This document shows positions 18,933 to 29,323 of a DNA stretch of 60,429 nt, piece by piece. The notes under the pieces were generated by a model. It did not search any database and was not told the origin of the DNA. It was given only the letters and a program-made list of their open reading frames with translations. The position numbers and the translations under genes were made by a program. The stretch covers positions 1-60,429 of the forward strand of contig CAYZYX010000005.1 in NCBI GenBank assembly GCA_964482715.1, written 5' to 3'. This DNA comes from an uncultured Clostridia bacterium (lineage in GTDB: Bacteria; Aerophobota; Aerophobia; Aerophobales; B3-G15). The stretch's first letter is position 1; each line of letters begins with the position of its first letter.

Positions 18933-19739
18933 ATGAAGATAGGATTAGCTATAGCACCCGCAAATGCTTTGCCTTCTGCCTTCGTTGTTTTTCGAATGGA
19001 TCTGGGCCTGGGAATAAAAAAAGCTGCAGAGCTTGGTTATGATGGTGTTGAATTAGCCATTGCTGATGCCACAGAAGTGAATGTGACTCAAGTGAAGAAA
19101 CTTATTAAAAAATACAATTTGCAGCTTCCCATAATCTCTACCGGAAGGGTTTTTGCTGAGAAAAAGGTCTCATTTACGCATTTTGATGATAATATACGCA
19201 ACGAAGCAATACGGACAGTTAAAGGTATAATAGAACTTGCTGCTAATTTTGGAGCAGATGTGAATGTTGGTAGGGTAAGAGGAAATTTGCCTCCTGGTGA
19301 AGAAGAAAAAGCCAGAGAAAGATTTATTTATGCCATGAGAGAATGTGCTGATTTTTCAAAAAGTTTCGGAAGACAGCTTTTACTTGAACCTGTAAATCGT
19401 TATGAGACTAATTTTATCAACAATCTGAAGGAGGGAATGGATATTATTAAAGAAATCCAGAGGGATAATGTGAAGCTTATGCCTGATATTTATCACATGA
19501 ATATAGAAGATGCATCTATTGAAGGAAGTTTAGAGGAGGCACGAGATATAATATCCTACATCCATTTCGCAGATAGTAATCGCCTGGCACCTGGCCAGGG
19601 TCATATTGATTTTAAGAGCATAATAGACACCCTTAGAAAGATTGGTTATGACGGTTTTATTACTGTAGAGATTCTGGCCAAACCAGACCCGGACAGAGCA
19701 GCCAAACTGGCTATTGATTATCTTAGAAATTTCATATAG
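18933..19739 (+). CDS. Xylose-isomerase-like TIM-barrel epimerase, resembling Thermotoga 5-keto-L-gluconate epimerase (IolO)
   Basis: GYDGVE, EPVNRYET, DIYHMNIE, HFADSNRLAPGQGH, VE; overall similarity to the remembered TM0416/IolO sequence. Confidence 0.8.
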   Translation: MKIGLAIAPANALPSAFVVFRMDLGLGIKKAAELGYDGVELAIADATEVNVTQVKKLIKKYNLQLPIISTGRVFAEKKVSFTHFDDNIRNEAIRTVKGIIELAANFGADVNVGRVRGNLPPGEEEKARERFIYAMRECADFSKSFGRQLLLEPVNRYETNFINNLKEGMDIIKEIQRDNVKLMPDIYHMNIEDASIEGSLEEARDIISYIHFADSNRLAPGQGHIDFKSIIDTLRKIGYDGFITVEILAKPDPDRAAKLAIDYLRNFI

Positions 19740-19757
19740 TTATTCCGGAGGACTGAT

Positions 19758-21083
19758 ATGAATTATAAAGATCGAGCTAAAAAAATGCTTCATGACTGGA
19801 AGAAGGAAAATTATGCCTTTGGTATGGGTTCTTTGCAAAAGATTGGAGATTTTGCAGCCCGGGAAGGCAGCTCTACAATGCTGGTGGTGAGTGGATTAGG
19901 AAAAGAAAAGTGGGTTGAACCATATGTTAGCGAGATTAAGTCCTCTATTGAGAAAAAGAGTGTCAAAATTTTGGATATAATAAGCGGAGCGAGGGCTAAT
20001 ACTCCCCGGGAAGATGTGTACAGAATTGCCAACCAGATAGGAAAAAAAAATCCTGACAGTGTTATCCCATTGGGTGGAGGAAGTACCATAGATGCAGTGA
20101 AGGCAGCAGATGTACTGGCTATACTGGATCCTGATGACGTGGAAAATTACTTTGGTAGCGGGTTGGTTCAGGAAAGATTGAATAAGGAAGGGAAAAAACT
20201 TATTCCGATTATAGCTGTACAGACTGCAGCAAGTTCTGGAGCTCATCTTACCAAGTATTCCAATGTTACTGACCCGGTAACAGGGCAGAAAAAATTGATA
20301 ATTGACGAGGCAATTGTTCCTCCTCGAGCAGTTTTTGATTATAAAACAACCATAGGGGCTCCATATGCGATCACTGCAGATGGTGCCCTTGATGGGATTG
20401 CCCATTGTTTAGAAGTTGTGTACGGAGCTACCGAAAAGCCTTTTTTTGAGATAGCGATGCAAATAGCTGAGGTAGGTGTCAGTCTAATTGTGAACAACCT
20501 TCCCAGGGCTATAGATGATCCTTACGATGAAGAAGCAAGAGTTGGACTGGGTCTTGGTACAGACCTTGGAGGATATGCTATAATGGTTGGAGGGACAAAT
20601 TACGGACATCTTTTCAGTTTTTCTGTAGTAAATAAGCTACCTCATGGACGAGCGTGTGCTATTGTAAATCCTTATGCCACAGTATTTTTTGCTCCGGCAA
20701 TTCAAAATCAATTAAAAATGGTAGGTAGGATTCTAAAAGCAGCAGGTTATATTAAAGATGATCCAGAGAAATATCAGGGGAAAGACCTGGGTATCCTTGT
20801 AGCCGAAGGAATGATAGAATTTTCTAAGAGCATTAATTTTCCTACCACCTTTGGTGAAGTTGGAGTGAATGACGAAGATAAAAAGAGGATTCTAACTGCT
20901 GCAAAAAATCCTCAACTCTGGAGTAAACTGGAGCAGGCACCTGTTTCATTAATTGCAAGAGACAAAGGAGGAGAGGTTGACAAAGAAAAAACAGAGGAGA
21001 ATATAGATCTCTATATGGGTGCACTTTTGGATGCTATCATCGTTGGAGATTTTAACAAAATAAAGATGATGCCGGAAAAATAG
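19758..21083 (+). CDS. Divergent iron-containing alcohol dehydrogenase
   Basis: LGGGSTID, TAASSG, DGIAHCLE, GH...PHG. Confidence 0.85.
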   Translation: MNYKDRAKKMLHDWKKENYAFGMGSLQKIGDFAAREGSSTMLVVSGLGKEKWVEPYVSEIKSSIEKKSVKILDIISGARANTPREDVYRIANQIGKKNPDSVIPLGGGSTIDAVKAADVLAILDPDDVENYFGSGLVQERLNKEGKKLIPIIAVQTAASSGAHLTKYSNVTDPVTGQKKLIIDEAIVPPRAVFDYKTTIGAPYAITADGALDGIAHCLEVVYGATEKPFFEIAMQIAEVGVSLIVNNLPRAIDDPYDEEARVGLGLGTDLGGYAIMVGGTNYGHLFSFSVVNKLPHGRACAIVNPYATVFFAPAIQNQLKMVGRILKAAGYIKDDPEKYQGKDLGILVAEGMIEFSKSINFPTTFGEVGVNDEDKKRILTAAKNPQLWSKLEQAPVSLIARDKGGEVDKEKTEENIDLYMGALLDAIIVGDFNKIKMMPEK

Positions 21084-21088
21084 GAGTA

Positions 21089-22477
21089 ATGAACGGTACG
21101 AGCTGGAAAGAAATAGATATTGAATACGGGAAAGAATACATAACTGTTAAGGTGCCTCCTTATTGTGAGATATTGGAGAATAAAAGTGCACCGCCTCTTG
21201 CACGTCCTCGGGAGAAAATAGAGGAGGTATTATCCAATCCTGTTGGGACAGAATCGATGGAGAAACTTATTGGTTCACTTAAAAAGGATCCTTCAAAGAT
21301 AAAAGTTGCTATAACTGTATCGGACAATACAAGACCTGTTCCTTACAATGGAGAAAGTGAGCAGGGAATACTCCTTCCGCTTTTAAGAAGATTAGAAAAA
21401 GCAAGGATTAAAAAAGGGAATATAAAAATTATTGTAGGCACAGGAACTCATCTTCCAACATCATCCGAATGGAAAAAAGAGGCCTTTGGTGAGTTTATTT
21501 TGAATAACTACGAAATAATAGATCACGATTGCAATGCCCTTGACCTTATTTCCATAGGAAGAATAAGAGGAGTCGAGGTTAAAATAAATAAAGAATTTAT
21601 AACTGCTGATATTCGTATCGCCACGGGTCTTGTAGAGCCCCACTTTATGGCTGGAGTTTCAGGTGGAAGAAAAGCGATATGTCCCGGACTTGTCAACCTG
21701 GAGGCTACTTACGTCTTTCATGGTGTGGATTTCATGGATCATCCTAACGCCACAAATATGGTCTTAGTCAATAATCCCTGTCATGAGTTTGCCCTGGAGG
21801 TTGCTAAAAGAGCAAAAGTAGATTTTATTGTAAATTGTACTATAAACGGTAATGGTGATTTAACTGGGGTTTTTGCCGGTCATTTCGAGAAAGCCCATCT
21901 TCAGGCTGTGCGTATGTTAAAGGATACCTGTGTGGTACACTGTTCTCATGAGTATGATATAGTACTGACCCAGGGTGGAAAGGTTGCTGTTAATCATTAC
22001 CAGGCTGCTAAGGCAGCCTATGCAACCATTCCTATAGTTAAAAAGGGAGGAATTGTTATTCTGGTTGCTCATAACAGCGACAAAAATCCTGTGGGCAAGG
22101 ATGAGTACAGGAGAGTTTTGAGAGTTTTAAAGGAGAAAGGACCTGGTAAGTTTACCGAGTATATTAAGAGTAAAAACTGGCGGTTTGTACCTGATCAGTG
22201 GCAGGTCCAAAAGTGGGATCAGTTTTTTAAGAAAATTGGTTTCTTTGATAACCTTATTTATTGCACCACAAATATTCCTCCTCATGAACTGGAAGAACTT
22301 CCCGGTAAAAGTGGCTATCTCTTTGCCAAAGAGGAAGCTTTAACCTGTGATAGGATGGTACAAAATGCCATATATTATGCTGTAGACAATTTTAGGCAAA
22401 AGCTAAAGAGAGAGCCTGCAATGGCCTTCATAAAGGAAGGTCCCTATACAGTTCCTCTACTTAACCTGCCTGCTTAG
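21089..22477 (+). CDS. LarA-family nickel-pincer-dependent racemase/epimerase
   Basis: DNTRPVP, GTGTH, EPHFMAGVSGGRKA, NHYQAAK (includes both candidate NPN-binding lysines). Confidence 0.88.
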   Translation: MNGTSWKEIDIEYGKEYITVKVPPYCEILENKSAPPLARPREKIEEVLSNPVGTESMEKLIGSLKKDPSKIKVAITVSDNTRPVPYNGESEQGILLPLLRRLEKARIKKGNIKIIVGTGTHLPTSSEWKKEAFGEFILNNYEIIDHDCNALDLISIGRIRGVEVKINKEFITADIRIATGLVEPHFMAGVSGGRKAICPGLVNLEATYVFHGVDFMDHPNATNMVLVNNPCHEFALEVAKRAKVDFIVNCTINGNGDLTGVFAGHFEKAHLQAVRMLKDTCVVHCSHEYDIVLTQGGKVAVNHYQAAKAAYATIPIVKKGGIVILVAHNSDKNPVGKDEYRRVLRVLKEKGPGKFTEYIKSKNWRFVPDQWQVQKWDQFFKKIGFFDNLIYCTTNIPPHELEELPGKSGYLFAKEEALTCDRMVQNAIYYAVDNFRQKLKREPAMAFIKEGPYTVPLLNLPA

Positions 22478-22569
22478 TATGATTTTTATCCATTTTCCGG
22501 GAAAAGAAAGGCATCTATTGACTTTTTATGAAGATTAAATATATATATAAAAAGCTATAAAACGAAAGA

Positions 22570-22644
22570 GCGGGAATAGCTCAGCGGTAGAGCATCACCT
22601 TGCCAAGGTGGGGGTCGCGGGTTCGAATCCCGTTTCCCGCTCCA
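22570..22644 (+). tRNA. tRNA-Gly(GCC)
   Basis: GCGGGAA/TTCCCGC acceptor, TT-GCC-AA loop, GGTTCGAATC, CCA. Confidence 0.96.
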
Positions 22645-22740
22645 ATTTTATAAAGCCTACCTTTAAAGTGTGTCTTCATTTAAAACAAGGTAAAATTTAC
22701 AATCTTGCCCATTAGAAAAACCAGATTATATTGGTAACTG

Positions 22741-22768
22741 TTGCCATAAAAATATTTTTTTGTATAAT
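22741..22768 (+). promoter_or_regulatory. Sigma70-type promoter for tRNA-Leu-tig
   Basis: TTGCCA, 16 bp, TATAAT. Confidence 0.6.
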
Positions 22769-22793
22769 TATTATCTGTCAAATATGCATCAAT

Positions 22794-22880
22794 GCGAGGG
22801 TGGCGGAATTGGTAGACGCGCTAGACTTAGGATCTAGTGAGGTAAACCTCGTGCGGGTTCGAATCCCGCCTCTCGCACCA
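22794..22880 (+). tRNA. tRNA-Leu(TAG)
   Basis: CTAGA-CT-TAG-GA-TCTAG anticodon arm, long variable arm GAGG-TAAA-CCTC, CCA end. Confidence 0.96.
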
Positions 22881-22896
22881 AAGGGAAAGGATAAAC

Positions 22897-24213
22897 ATGC
22901 AGATAAAAGTAAATAAAAAAGAAAAATCTCAGTTTGAATTAGAGGTAGAGATTCCTCAAGATACAGTTAAGGAGGTGTTCTCCCGGGCTTTTAAGAGAGT
23001 GGCTCAGCAGGTTGAGGTTCCTGGGTTTAGAAAGGGAAAGGTTCCGAGAAAAATATTTGAACAGAGATACGGAAAAGAGCCTATTGAAGATGAGGCATTT
23101 AAAGAACTTTATCTTAGAGCTTACAATAAGATTGTAAGCGAAGAGAAAATAACCCCTCTTGCTGAGCCCAGGGTAGAGGTAATAAAATTTTCCGAGGAAG
23201 AGCCAGCTATTTTAAAATTCCAGATTCCAGTAGAGCCCGAAGTACAACTTGGAAATTACAAAAAGATCAAAGTCAAAAGGAACAAAATTAAGGTAGAAGA
23301 AAAAGAAATTGAACAGCAGCTAAAAAGCTTGCAAAAGGAACTGGCAGAGTATCCACCCCTATTGGAAAATCGTCCCACCCAGGAAGGAGATTGGCTGGCG
23401 CTGGAAGTAAGAGCCCTTTCTCCAGATATTTATTTTGATGGAACCAAAAAAGAAGAAAATTTCTGGTATAAGCTGGGTTCTGATCAATTACCACCTGTTT
23501 TTCATGAAAAACTTCTTGGAGCTAATATAGGGGATGAAAGAATTGTGGAAACAATAGTTCCTCCTGATCATCCTCGAAAATCTATAGCCGGGAAAAAATT
23601 GAGTTTTAATGTCAAGGTTAAAGACATTCGAGCAGAAAGACTGCCTCCCATTGATGATGAATTGGCTAAAAATTTGAACTTTGAAAACATTCAAAGTCTC
23701 AAAGAGTGGATAGGTAGGGAACTGGAAAAGCTCAAGAACAAAAAGGAGGAAGATAGAATTAAAAAAGAGATATTGGCAAAAATAATCAAGGGTTCTAAGG
23801 TAGATATTCCTCCTTTGCTTGTAGAAAGGGGAATTGAGAACAAGATGAGGAGATTAGAAGAAGAACTCCAGAAAAACGGAATGACCTTTTCTGAATACCT
23901 TGAAGAAAACAACACCACTGAAGAAAAGATAAAAGAATTTTTTAAGGCTCAAACGGAAAATGAACTTAAACTTCTTTTTATTTTGGAGGAAATTGCTCGA
24001 AAGGAGGATATAAAAGTTACACCCGAGGAAATAGATAAAAATCTTGAATCAATGGTTCAAGGTGAAAATAAAGAAGCTAAGGTTAAAAATCTCAAAAGAG
24101 AACTCATTAAGAGAGGGAGATTAGGTGGCTTTATTCAGAGAATTAGAGATGAAAAGGTTATTGACTTTCTTTATCAGCAAGCAGATGTTTCAGGTGTCGT
24201 TTCTTCTGATTGA
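22897..24213 (+). CDS. tig: Trigger factor
   Basis: Ribosome-binding motif VPGFRKGKVP; FKBP-like middle domain; synteny with clpP/clpX. Confidence 0.95.
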   Translation: MQIKVNKKEKSQFELEVEIPQDTVKEVFSRAFKRVAQQVEVPGFRKGKVPRKIFEQRYGKEPIEDEAFKELYLRAYNKIVSEEKITPLAEPRVEVIKFSEEEPAILKFQIPVEPEVQLGNYKKIKVKRNKIKVEEKEIEQQLKSLQKELAEYPPLLENRPTQEGDWLALEVRALSPDIYFDGTKKEENFWYKLGSDQLPPVFHEKLLGANIGDERIVETIVPPDHPRKSIAGKKLSFNVKVKDIRAERLPPIDDELAKNLNFENIQSLKEWIGRELEKLKNKKEEDRIKKEILAKIIKGSKVDIPPLLVERGIENKMRRLEEELQKNGMTFSEYLEENNTTEEKIKEFFKAQTENELKLLFILEEIARKEDIKVTPEEIDKNLESMVQGENKEAKVKNLKRELIKRGRLGGFIQRIRDEKVIDFLYQQADVSGVVSSD

Positions 24214-24261
24214 TGGATAATATATCATGGAGAAATAAATTCTACTAAAAGGAGAACAAAG

Positions 24262-24846
24262 ATGGCTTTGATCCCTATAGTTATAGAAAGAACTGCAAGA
24301 GGGGAGCGAGCCTACGACATATATTCCCGTCTTTTAAAAGACAGAATAATATTTATTGGTGCCCCCATTGATGATGCCGTTGCTAATGTGGTGATAGCTC
24401 AGATGCTCTTCCTTGAAGTTCAGGATCCCAAGAAGGATATCCACCTTTATATAAACTCTCCAGGAGGTTTGGTTACTGCTGGGCTGGCTATTTACGACAC
24501 CATGCAGTATGTGAAACCTGATGTTTCTACTATCTGCATGGGCCAGGCAGCATCAGCTGCTGCCCTGCTTCTGGCTGCAGGAACCAAAGGGAAGAGATTC
24601 TCTCTTCCCAATGCCAACATCCTTATCCATCAGCCTCTTGGAGGCGCCAGGGGGCAGGCTACCGATATAGGTATTCAGGCTCGTCAGATTTTAAGGATAA
24701 AGGATAGATTAAACGAAATTCTGGTCAGGCATACAGGTCAACCCAAGGAAAAGATAGAAAGGGATACGGATAGAGATTTCTACATGACTCCCTATGAGGC
24801 AAAGGAATACGGGATAATTGATGAGGTTATAGAATCCAGAAAGTAA
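24262..24846 (+). CDS. clpP: ATP-dependent Clp protease proteolytic subunit
   Basis: [20 protein letters not shown], catalytic Ser (AASA), His (IHQP) and Asp (DRD). Confidence 0.98.
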   Translation: MALIPIVIERTARGERAYDIYSRLLKDRIIFIGAPIDDAVANVVIAQMLFLEVQDPKKDIHLYINSPGGLVTAGLAIYDTMQYVKPDVSTICMGQAASAAALLLAAGTKGKRFSLPNANILIHQPLGGARGQATDIGIQARQILRIKDRLNEILVRHTGQPKEKIERDTDRDFYMTPYEAKEYGIIDEVIESRK

Positions 24847-24853
24847 AAAGTAA

Positions 24854-26098
24854 ATGAAAAAAAGAGAAAATTCAACACCTCGTTGTTCCTTTTGTGGGAG
24901 AAGTCAGTTAGAAGTAGAAAAGCTTATTTCAGGAATTGATGCCTTCATCTGTGATCGTTGTATATTTTACTGCAATCAGATTTTGCAAAGAGAGAGGGAA
25001 AAGACCGATCCCTTTCTAAACAACCTTAGCCTGAATAACCTTCCTAAACCAAAACAGATTAAAGAAAAACTGGATGAATGGGTTATTGGTCAAGAAAGGG
25101 CAAAAAAGGTTCTTTCAGTTGCCGTTTATAATCACTACAAACGAATTCTCTCTAATCTGACCGATAAAGATAAAAGTGTTGAAGTAGAAAAGAGTAATAT
25201 TCTCTTGATTGGTCCTACTGGTTCAGGAAAGACACTTCTTGCAAGAACGCTGGCCAGAATACTACATCTTCCTCTTGTTATAGCTTCAGCTACCAATGTT
25301 ACTGAAGCAGGTTACGTGGGAGAAGATGTGGAAACTATACTTTTGCGTCTTCTTCAAAAAACGGATTTTAACATTCCTTTAGCCTCAAAGGGGATTGTCT
25401 ATATTGACGAGATAGACAAAATTGCCAAAAAAAGTGGCGCTAATCCTTCCATTACTCGAGATGTTTCCGGAGAAGGTGTTCAACAGGCTCTCTTAAAAAT
25501 TCTGGAAGGGACCATAGCCAATATTCCGCCTCAGGGAGGTAGAAAACATCCTCATCAACAGTTCATTCAGCTTGACACCACCAATATTCTCTTTATCTGC
25601 GGGGGAGCCTTTCCAGGTCTGGAAGATATAGTTAAAGAACGTATAGGGAAAAAAGCTGTAGGATTTTCCCGGGAGAAGGAAACCGATAAGTCTCAGGTGC
25701 TTAACCACCTTATTCCTGATGATCTAATTGAATATGGATTCATCCCGGAATTTGTAGGCAGGCTTCCGGTGGTAGTTACTCTTGATAGATTAACCAGGGT
25801 CCAGCTTAAAAAGATTCTCTTTGAACCCAAAAATGCCATTGTTAAACAATACCAGAAGCTGTTCGAGCTGGAAGGGATAAAGCTAACTTTTACCGATGAG
25901 GCTATGGAGGAAATAAGCCGTATTACTTATGAGAGAGAAATGGGAGCAAGAGGTCTGCGGGCAATTGTTGAGGATATTATGCTGGATTTGATGTATGATC
26001 TTCCCTCTCGTAGCAATGTTAAGGAATGTGTAATTGATCGGGATGTTGTTGCTAAAAAGAAAGCTCCCATTATACTTACCCAGAAGATGACGGCCTAA
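24854..26098 (+). CDS. clpX: ATP-dependent Clp protease ATP-binding subunit
   Basis: C4 zinc finger, [32 protein letters not shown]-like VGF loop. Confidence 0.98.
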   Translation: MKKRENSTPRCSFCGRSQLEVEKLISGIDAFICDRCIFYCNQILQREREKTDPFLNNLSLNNLPKPKQIKEKLDEWVIGQERAKKVLSVAVYNHYKRILSNLTDKDKSVEVEKSNILLIGPTGSGKTLLARTLARILHLPLVIASATNVTEAGYVGEDVETILLRLLQKTDFNIPLASKGIVYIDEIDKIAKKSGANPSITRDVSGEGVQQALLKILEGTIANIPPQGGRKHPHQQFIQLDTTNILFICGGAFPGLEDIVKERIGKKAVGFSREKETDKSQVLNHLIPDDLIEYGFIPEFVGRLPVVVTLDRLTRVQLKKILFEPKNAIVKQYQKLFELEGIKLTFTDEAMEEISRITYEREMGARGLRAIVEDIMLDLMYDLPSRSNVKECVIDRDVVAKKKAPIILTQKMTA

Positions 26099-26112
26099 AA
26101 GGAGTATTAGAT

Positions 26113-27882
26113 ATGAAAAAAGGGGAAATAGTTAAAATATCCGGTCCCCTTGTCGTGGCCAAAGAAATTCCAGGTGCAAGAATGTTTGATGTGGTTAGAG
26201 TTGGAAAGGAGGGGCTTTTTGGAGAGATACTCGAAATAAAGGGAGAACTGTGTTCTATTCAGGTTTATGAAGATACAAGTGGCTTAAAGCCTGGCGAACC
26301 AGTGGAGTCTTTATATTACCCATTATCCGTTGAACTTGGTCCAGGACTTCTTGGTAATATCTACGATGGTATTCAACGTCCTCTGGACTTAATTAGAGCT
26401 CAGGTGGGGGATTTTATTAGTAGAGGGATAGAAGTTAAAGCTGTTGACCGAAAAAAGAACTGGGATTTTTCACCCCGGGTAAAGGAAGGTGATCGGGTAG
26501 TTGCTGGAGATATTCTGGGGGTGGTGCAGGAGACAGAAATTATTGAACACAGGATAATGGTTCCTATTGGTATAGAGGGAAAGGTTGAAAAAATCCACTC
26601 AGGACCTGCCCGGGTGGAAGATGTTATAGCCATAGTTAGAACCCCTGAAGGAAAAGAAGAAAAAATTACCATGCTCCAGCGATGGCCGGTAAGAAAAATG
26701 CGACCCTATAAACAGCAACTTGATCCTGAAGAGCCTTTAATCACCGGCCAAAGAGTTATAGATACCTTTTTTCCCATTGCCAAAGGAGGGACTGCTTGTA
26801 TTCCCGGCCCTTTTGGAAGTGGAAAAACCGTAATTCAACACCAGCTTTCCAAGTGGGTTGATGCTCAAATCATTGTTTTTGTTGGATGTGGGGAAAGAGG
26901 AAATGAGATGTGCGATGTTTTACGTGAGTTTCCCAAGCTGAAAGATCCCCGGACCGGGAAACCCTTAATGCAAAGAATCATCCTTATTGCTAATACTTCT
27001 AATATGCCGGTTGCTGCCAGGGAAGCCTCAATTTATACAGGGATTACCATAGCTGAGTATTACCGGGATATGGGATACGATGTAGCTTTAATGGCTGATT
27101 CGACCTCTCGCTGGGCAGAAGCTTTGAGGGAGATGTCGGGTCGTCTGGAAGAGATGCCTGGAGAAGAGGGTTATCCTGCTTATCTTCCCTCCAGACTTGC
27201 CGAGTTTTATGAGCGTGCGGGAAGAGTGATAACTCTGGGGAGTGATAAAAGAATTGGTTCTCTATCGGCTATTGGTGCGGTATCACCTCCAGGTGGAGAT
27301 CTTTCTGAACCTGTGACTCAGGCTACTTTAAGAGTAGTAAGAGTATTCTGGGCACTTGTGGCTGAACTTGCCTACCAGAGGCACTTTCCTGCTATTCACT
27401 GGCTTAGAAGCTACTCACTTTATCTTGATTCACTTACCGATTATTTTACCCGGGAGGTAGCTCCTGACTGGATGGATCTCCGGAAGAAAGCTATGGCAAT
27501 TTTACAGAAAGAAGATGAACTTCAGGAGACTGTGAGACTGGTAGGACTGGATGTTCTTTCTCCTCAGGATAGAATAACCATGGAAACTGCACGTTCCATT
27601 AGAGAGGACTTCCTTCAGCAGTTCGCCTTTCATGAAGTTGATACTTACTCGCCCATAAGAAAACAGTATCTCATGTTAAAACTCGTTCTTGAATACTACG
27701 ACCTCTGCATGGAGGCATTGAAAAGAAATGCTCCACTGGACAGATTAATTGAGCTTCCCGTAAGAGAAGAAATTGCGCGAGCCAAATATATTCCCAATGA
27801 GGAAGCGGAAGAGAAAATCGAGAAAATCCGTAAAAAATTAAAAGATCAAATAGACAGAATAAAAGATAAAGTTGAAGTCTAA
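26113..27882 (+). CDS. atpA: V/A-type ATP synthase subunit A
   Basis: [28 protein letters not shown]; no intein. Confidence 0.97.
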   Translation: MKKGEIVKISGPLVVAKEIPGARMFDVVRVGKEGLFGEILEIKGELCSIQVYEDTSGLKPGEPVESLYYPLSVELGPGLLGNIYDGIQRPLDLIRAQVGDFISRGIEVKAVDRKKNWDFSPRVKEGDRVVAGDILGVVQETEIIEHRIMVPIGIEGKVEKIHSGPARVEDVIAIVRTPEGKEEKITMLQRWPVRKMRPYKQQLDPEEPLITGQRVIDTFFPIAKGGTACIPGPFGSGKTVIQHQLSKWVDAQIIVFVGCGERGNEMCDVLREFPKLKDPRTGKPLMQRIILIANTSNMPVAAREASIYTGITIAEYYRDMGYDVALMADSTSRWAEALREMSGRLEEMPGEEGYPAYLPSRLAEFYERAGRVITLGSDKRIGSLSAIGAVSPPGGDLSEPVTQATLRVVRVFWALVAELAYQRHFPAIHWLRSYSLYLDSLTDYFTREVAPDWMDLRKKAMAILQKEDELQETVRLVGLDVLSPQDRITMETARSIREDFLQQFAFHEVDTYSPIRKQYLMLKLVLEYYDLCMEALKRNAPLDRLIELPVREEIARAKYIPNEEAEEKIEKIRKKLKDQIDRIKDKVEV

Positions 27883-27905
27883 AAAACCAGGAGAAGAGGT
27901 AAATT

Positions 27906-29309
27906 ATGGGAAGAGAATATACGAGGGTAAAGGAGTTAACCGGTCCTCTTATGCTGGTTGGGAATGTTGCTGATGTTGCCTTTGAAGAACTGGTAGAAAT
28001 AGAACTACCCACAGGGGAAAGACGAAGGGGAAGAGTTCTGGAAGTAACCTCGGATGCTGCCCTGATTCAACTCTTCGAGCGTGCTACAGAATTAGGTATA
28101 GAGGGTGCAAAGGTGAAGTTTCTGGGTAAAGGGATTCAGCTTGGAGTTTCCAGTGACATTCTGGGTAGAGTCTTTGATGGGTGGGGAAGACCCCGTGATG
28201 GTGGAGCAGACGTCATTCCCGAGAAGAGACTGGATATAGGAGGTAAGCCTATAAACCCTGAAGCTCGGGCTTATCCAGAAGAATTTATCCAAACCGGTAT
28301 TTCTGCTATTGACGGTTTGAATACATTATCCAGGGGGCAAAAACTTCCCATTTTTTCGGCATCCGGACTTCCTCATGTTCAACTTGCTGCTCAAATTGCA
28401 AGACAGGCAAAGGTTTTGGGAAAGGAAGAAGAGTTTGCTGTTGTGTTTGCGGCAATGGGAATCACCTTTGAGGAGGGTAACTTTTTCATTCACGATTTTG
28501 AAAAGTCAGGAGCAATTGAGCGTTCTGTCATTTTTTTAAACCTTGCCGATGACCCGGTGATTGAAAGAATAGCAACCCCCAGAATGGCCCTTACTTGTGC
28601 AGAATATCTTGCTTTTGAGAAGGATATGCATATTCTGGTTATTTTAATTGACATGACTAACTACGCGGAGGCCTTGCGGGAACTATCAGCTGCCAGAAGA
28701 GAGGTTCCAGGAAGACGCGGATATCCCGGGTATCTCTATACGGACCTTGCCACCATTTACGAAAGAGCAGGGAGAATAAAAGGTAAAAAAGGTTCCATTA
28801 CACTTATTCCTATACTGACCATGCCAGATGATGATAAGACACATCCCATACCTGATCTTACTGGATATATTACCGAAGGTCAGATAATTCTTCAAAGAGA
28901 CCTTCATCAAAAGGGGATTTATCCTCCCATAAATGTTTTGCCTTCCTTATCCAGATTGATGGATGAAGCTGTGGGGGAGGGAAAAACCAGAGAGGATCAT
29001 CGTGAACTGTCCAATCAGCTTTATGCGACCTACGCTCGGGGAATAGAGATAAGAGAACTCGCTCTGGTTATGGGCGAGGCAACTCTCAGTGATATGGATA
29101 GAAGGTATCTTAGCTTTGCCGATGAATTTGAGAGAAGGTTCGTTAATCAGGGTGAGGATGAAAATAGAACGGTGGAGGAAACCCTGGATCTGGGATGGGA
29201 GCTTCTCAGGATGATGCCCAAATCAGAACTAAAGAGGGTAAGAGAAGAATATATTACTCGTTACGGACAATGGAAGAAGGAAAAAGAACGGGAAGTAGCA
29301 AAAGTTTAA
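27906..29309 (+). CDS. atpB: V/A-type ATP synthase subunit B
   Basis: [43 protein letters not shown]. Confidence 0.97.
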   Translation: MGREYTRVKELTGPLMLVGNVADVAFEELVEIELPTGERRRGRVLEVTSDAALIQLFERATELGIEGAKVKFLGKGIQLGVSSDILGRVFDGWGRPRDGGADVIPEKRLDIGGKPINPEARAYPEEFIQTGISAIDGLNTLSRGQKLPIFSASGLPHVQLAAQIARQAKVLGKEEEFAVVFAAMGITFEEGNFFIHDFEKSGAIERSVIFLNLADDPVIERIATPRMALTCAEYLAFEKDMHILVILIDMTNYAEALRELSAARREVPGRRGYPGYLYTDLATIYERAGRIKGKKGSITLIPILTMPDDDKTHPIPDLTGYITEGQIILQRDLHQKGIYPPINVLPSLSRLMDEAVGEGKTREDHRELSNQLYATYARGIEIRELALVMGEATLSDMDRRYLSFADEFERRFVNQGEDENRTVEETLDLGWELLRMMPKSELKRVREEYITRYGQWKKEKEREVAKV

Positions 29310-29323
29310 TGTGAGGGATAGTC

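Noticed and set aside
22478-22569. attR-like duplication of the tRNA-Lys 3' end at the island's right border
   Set aside because: No match to the tRNA 3' sequence was found; the region is an AT-rich promoter-like stretch
22731-22916. 61-aa plus-strand ORF
   Set aside because: It overlaps the tRNA-Leu gene and its promoter; a spurious translation
26113-29309. Inteins in the ATPase subunits
   Set aside because: Lengths (589 and 467 aa) and motifs are normal, with no insertion
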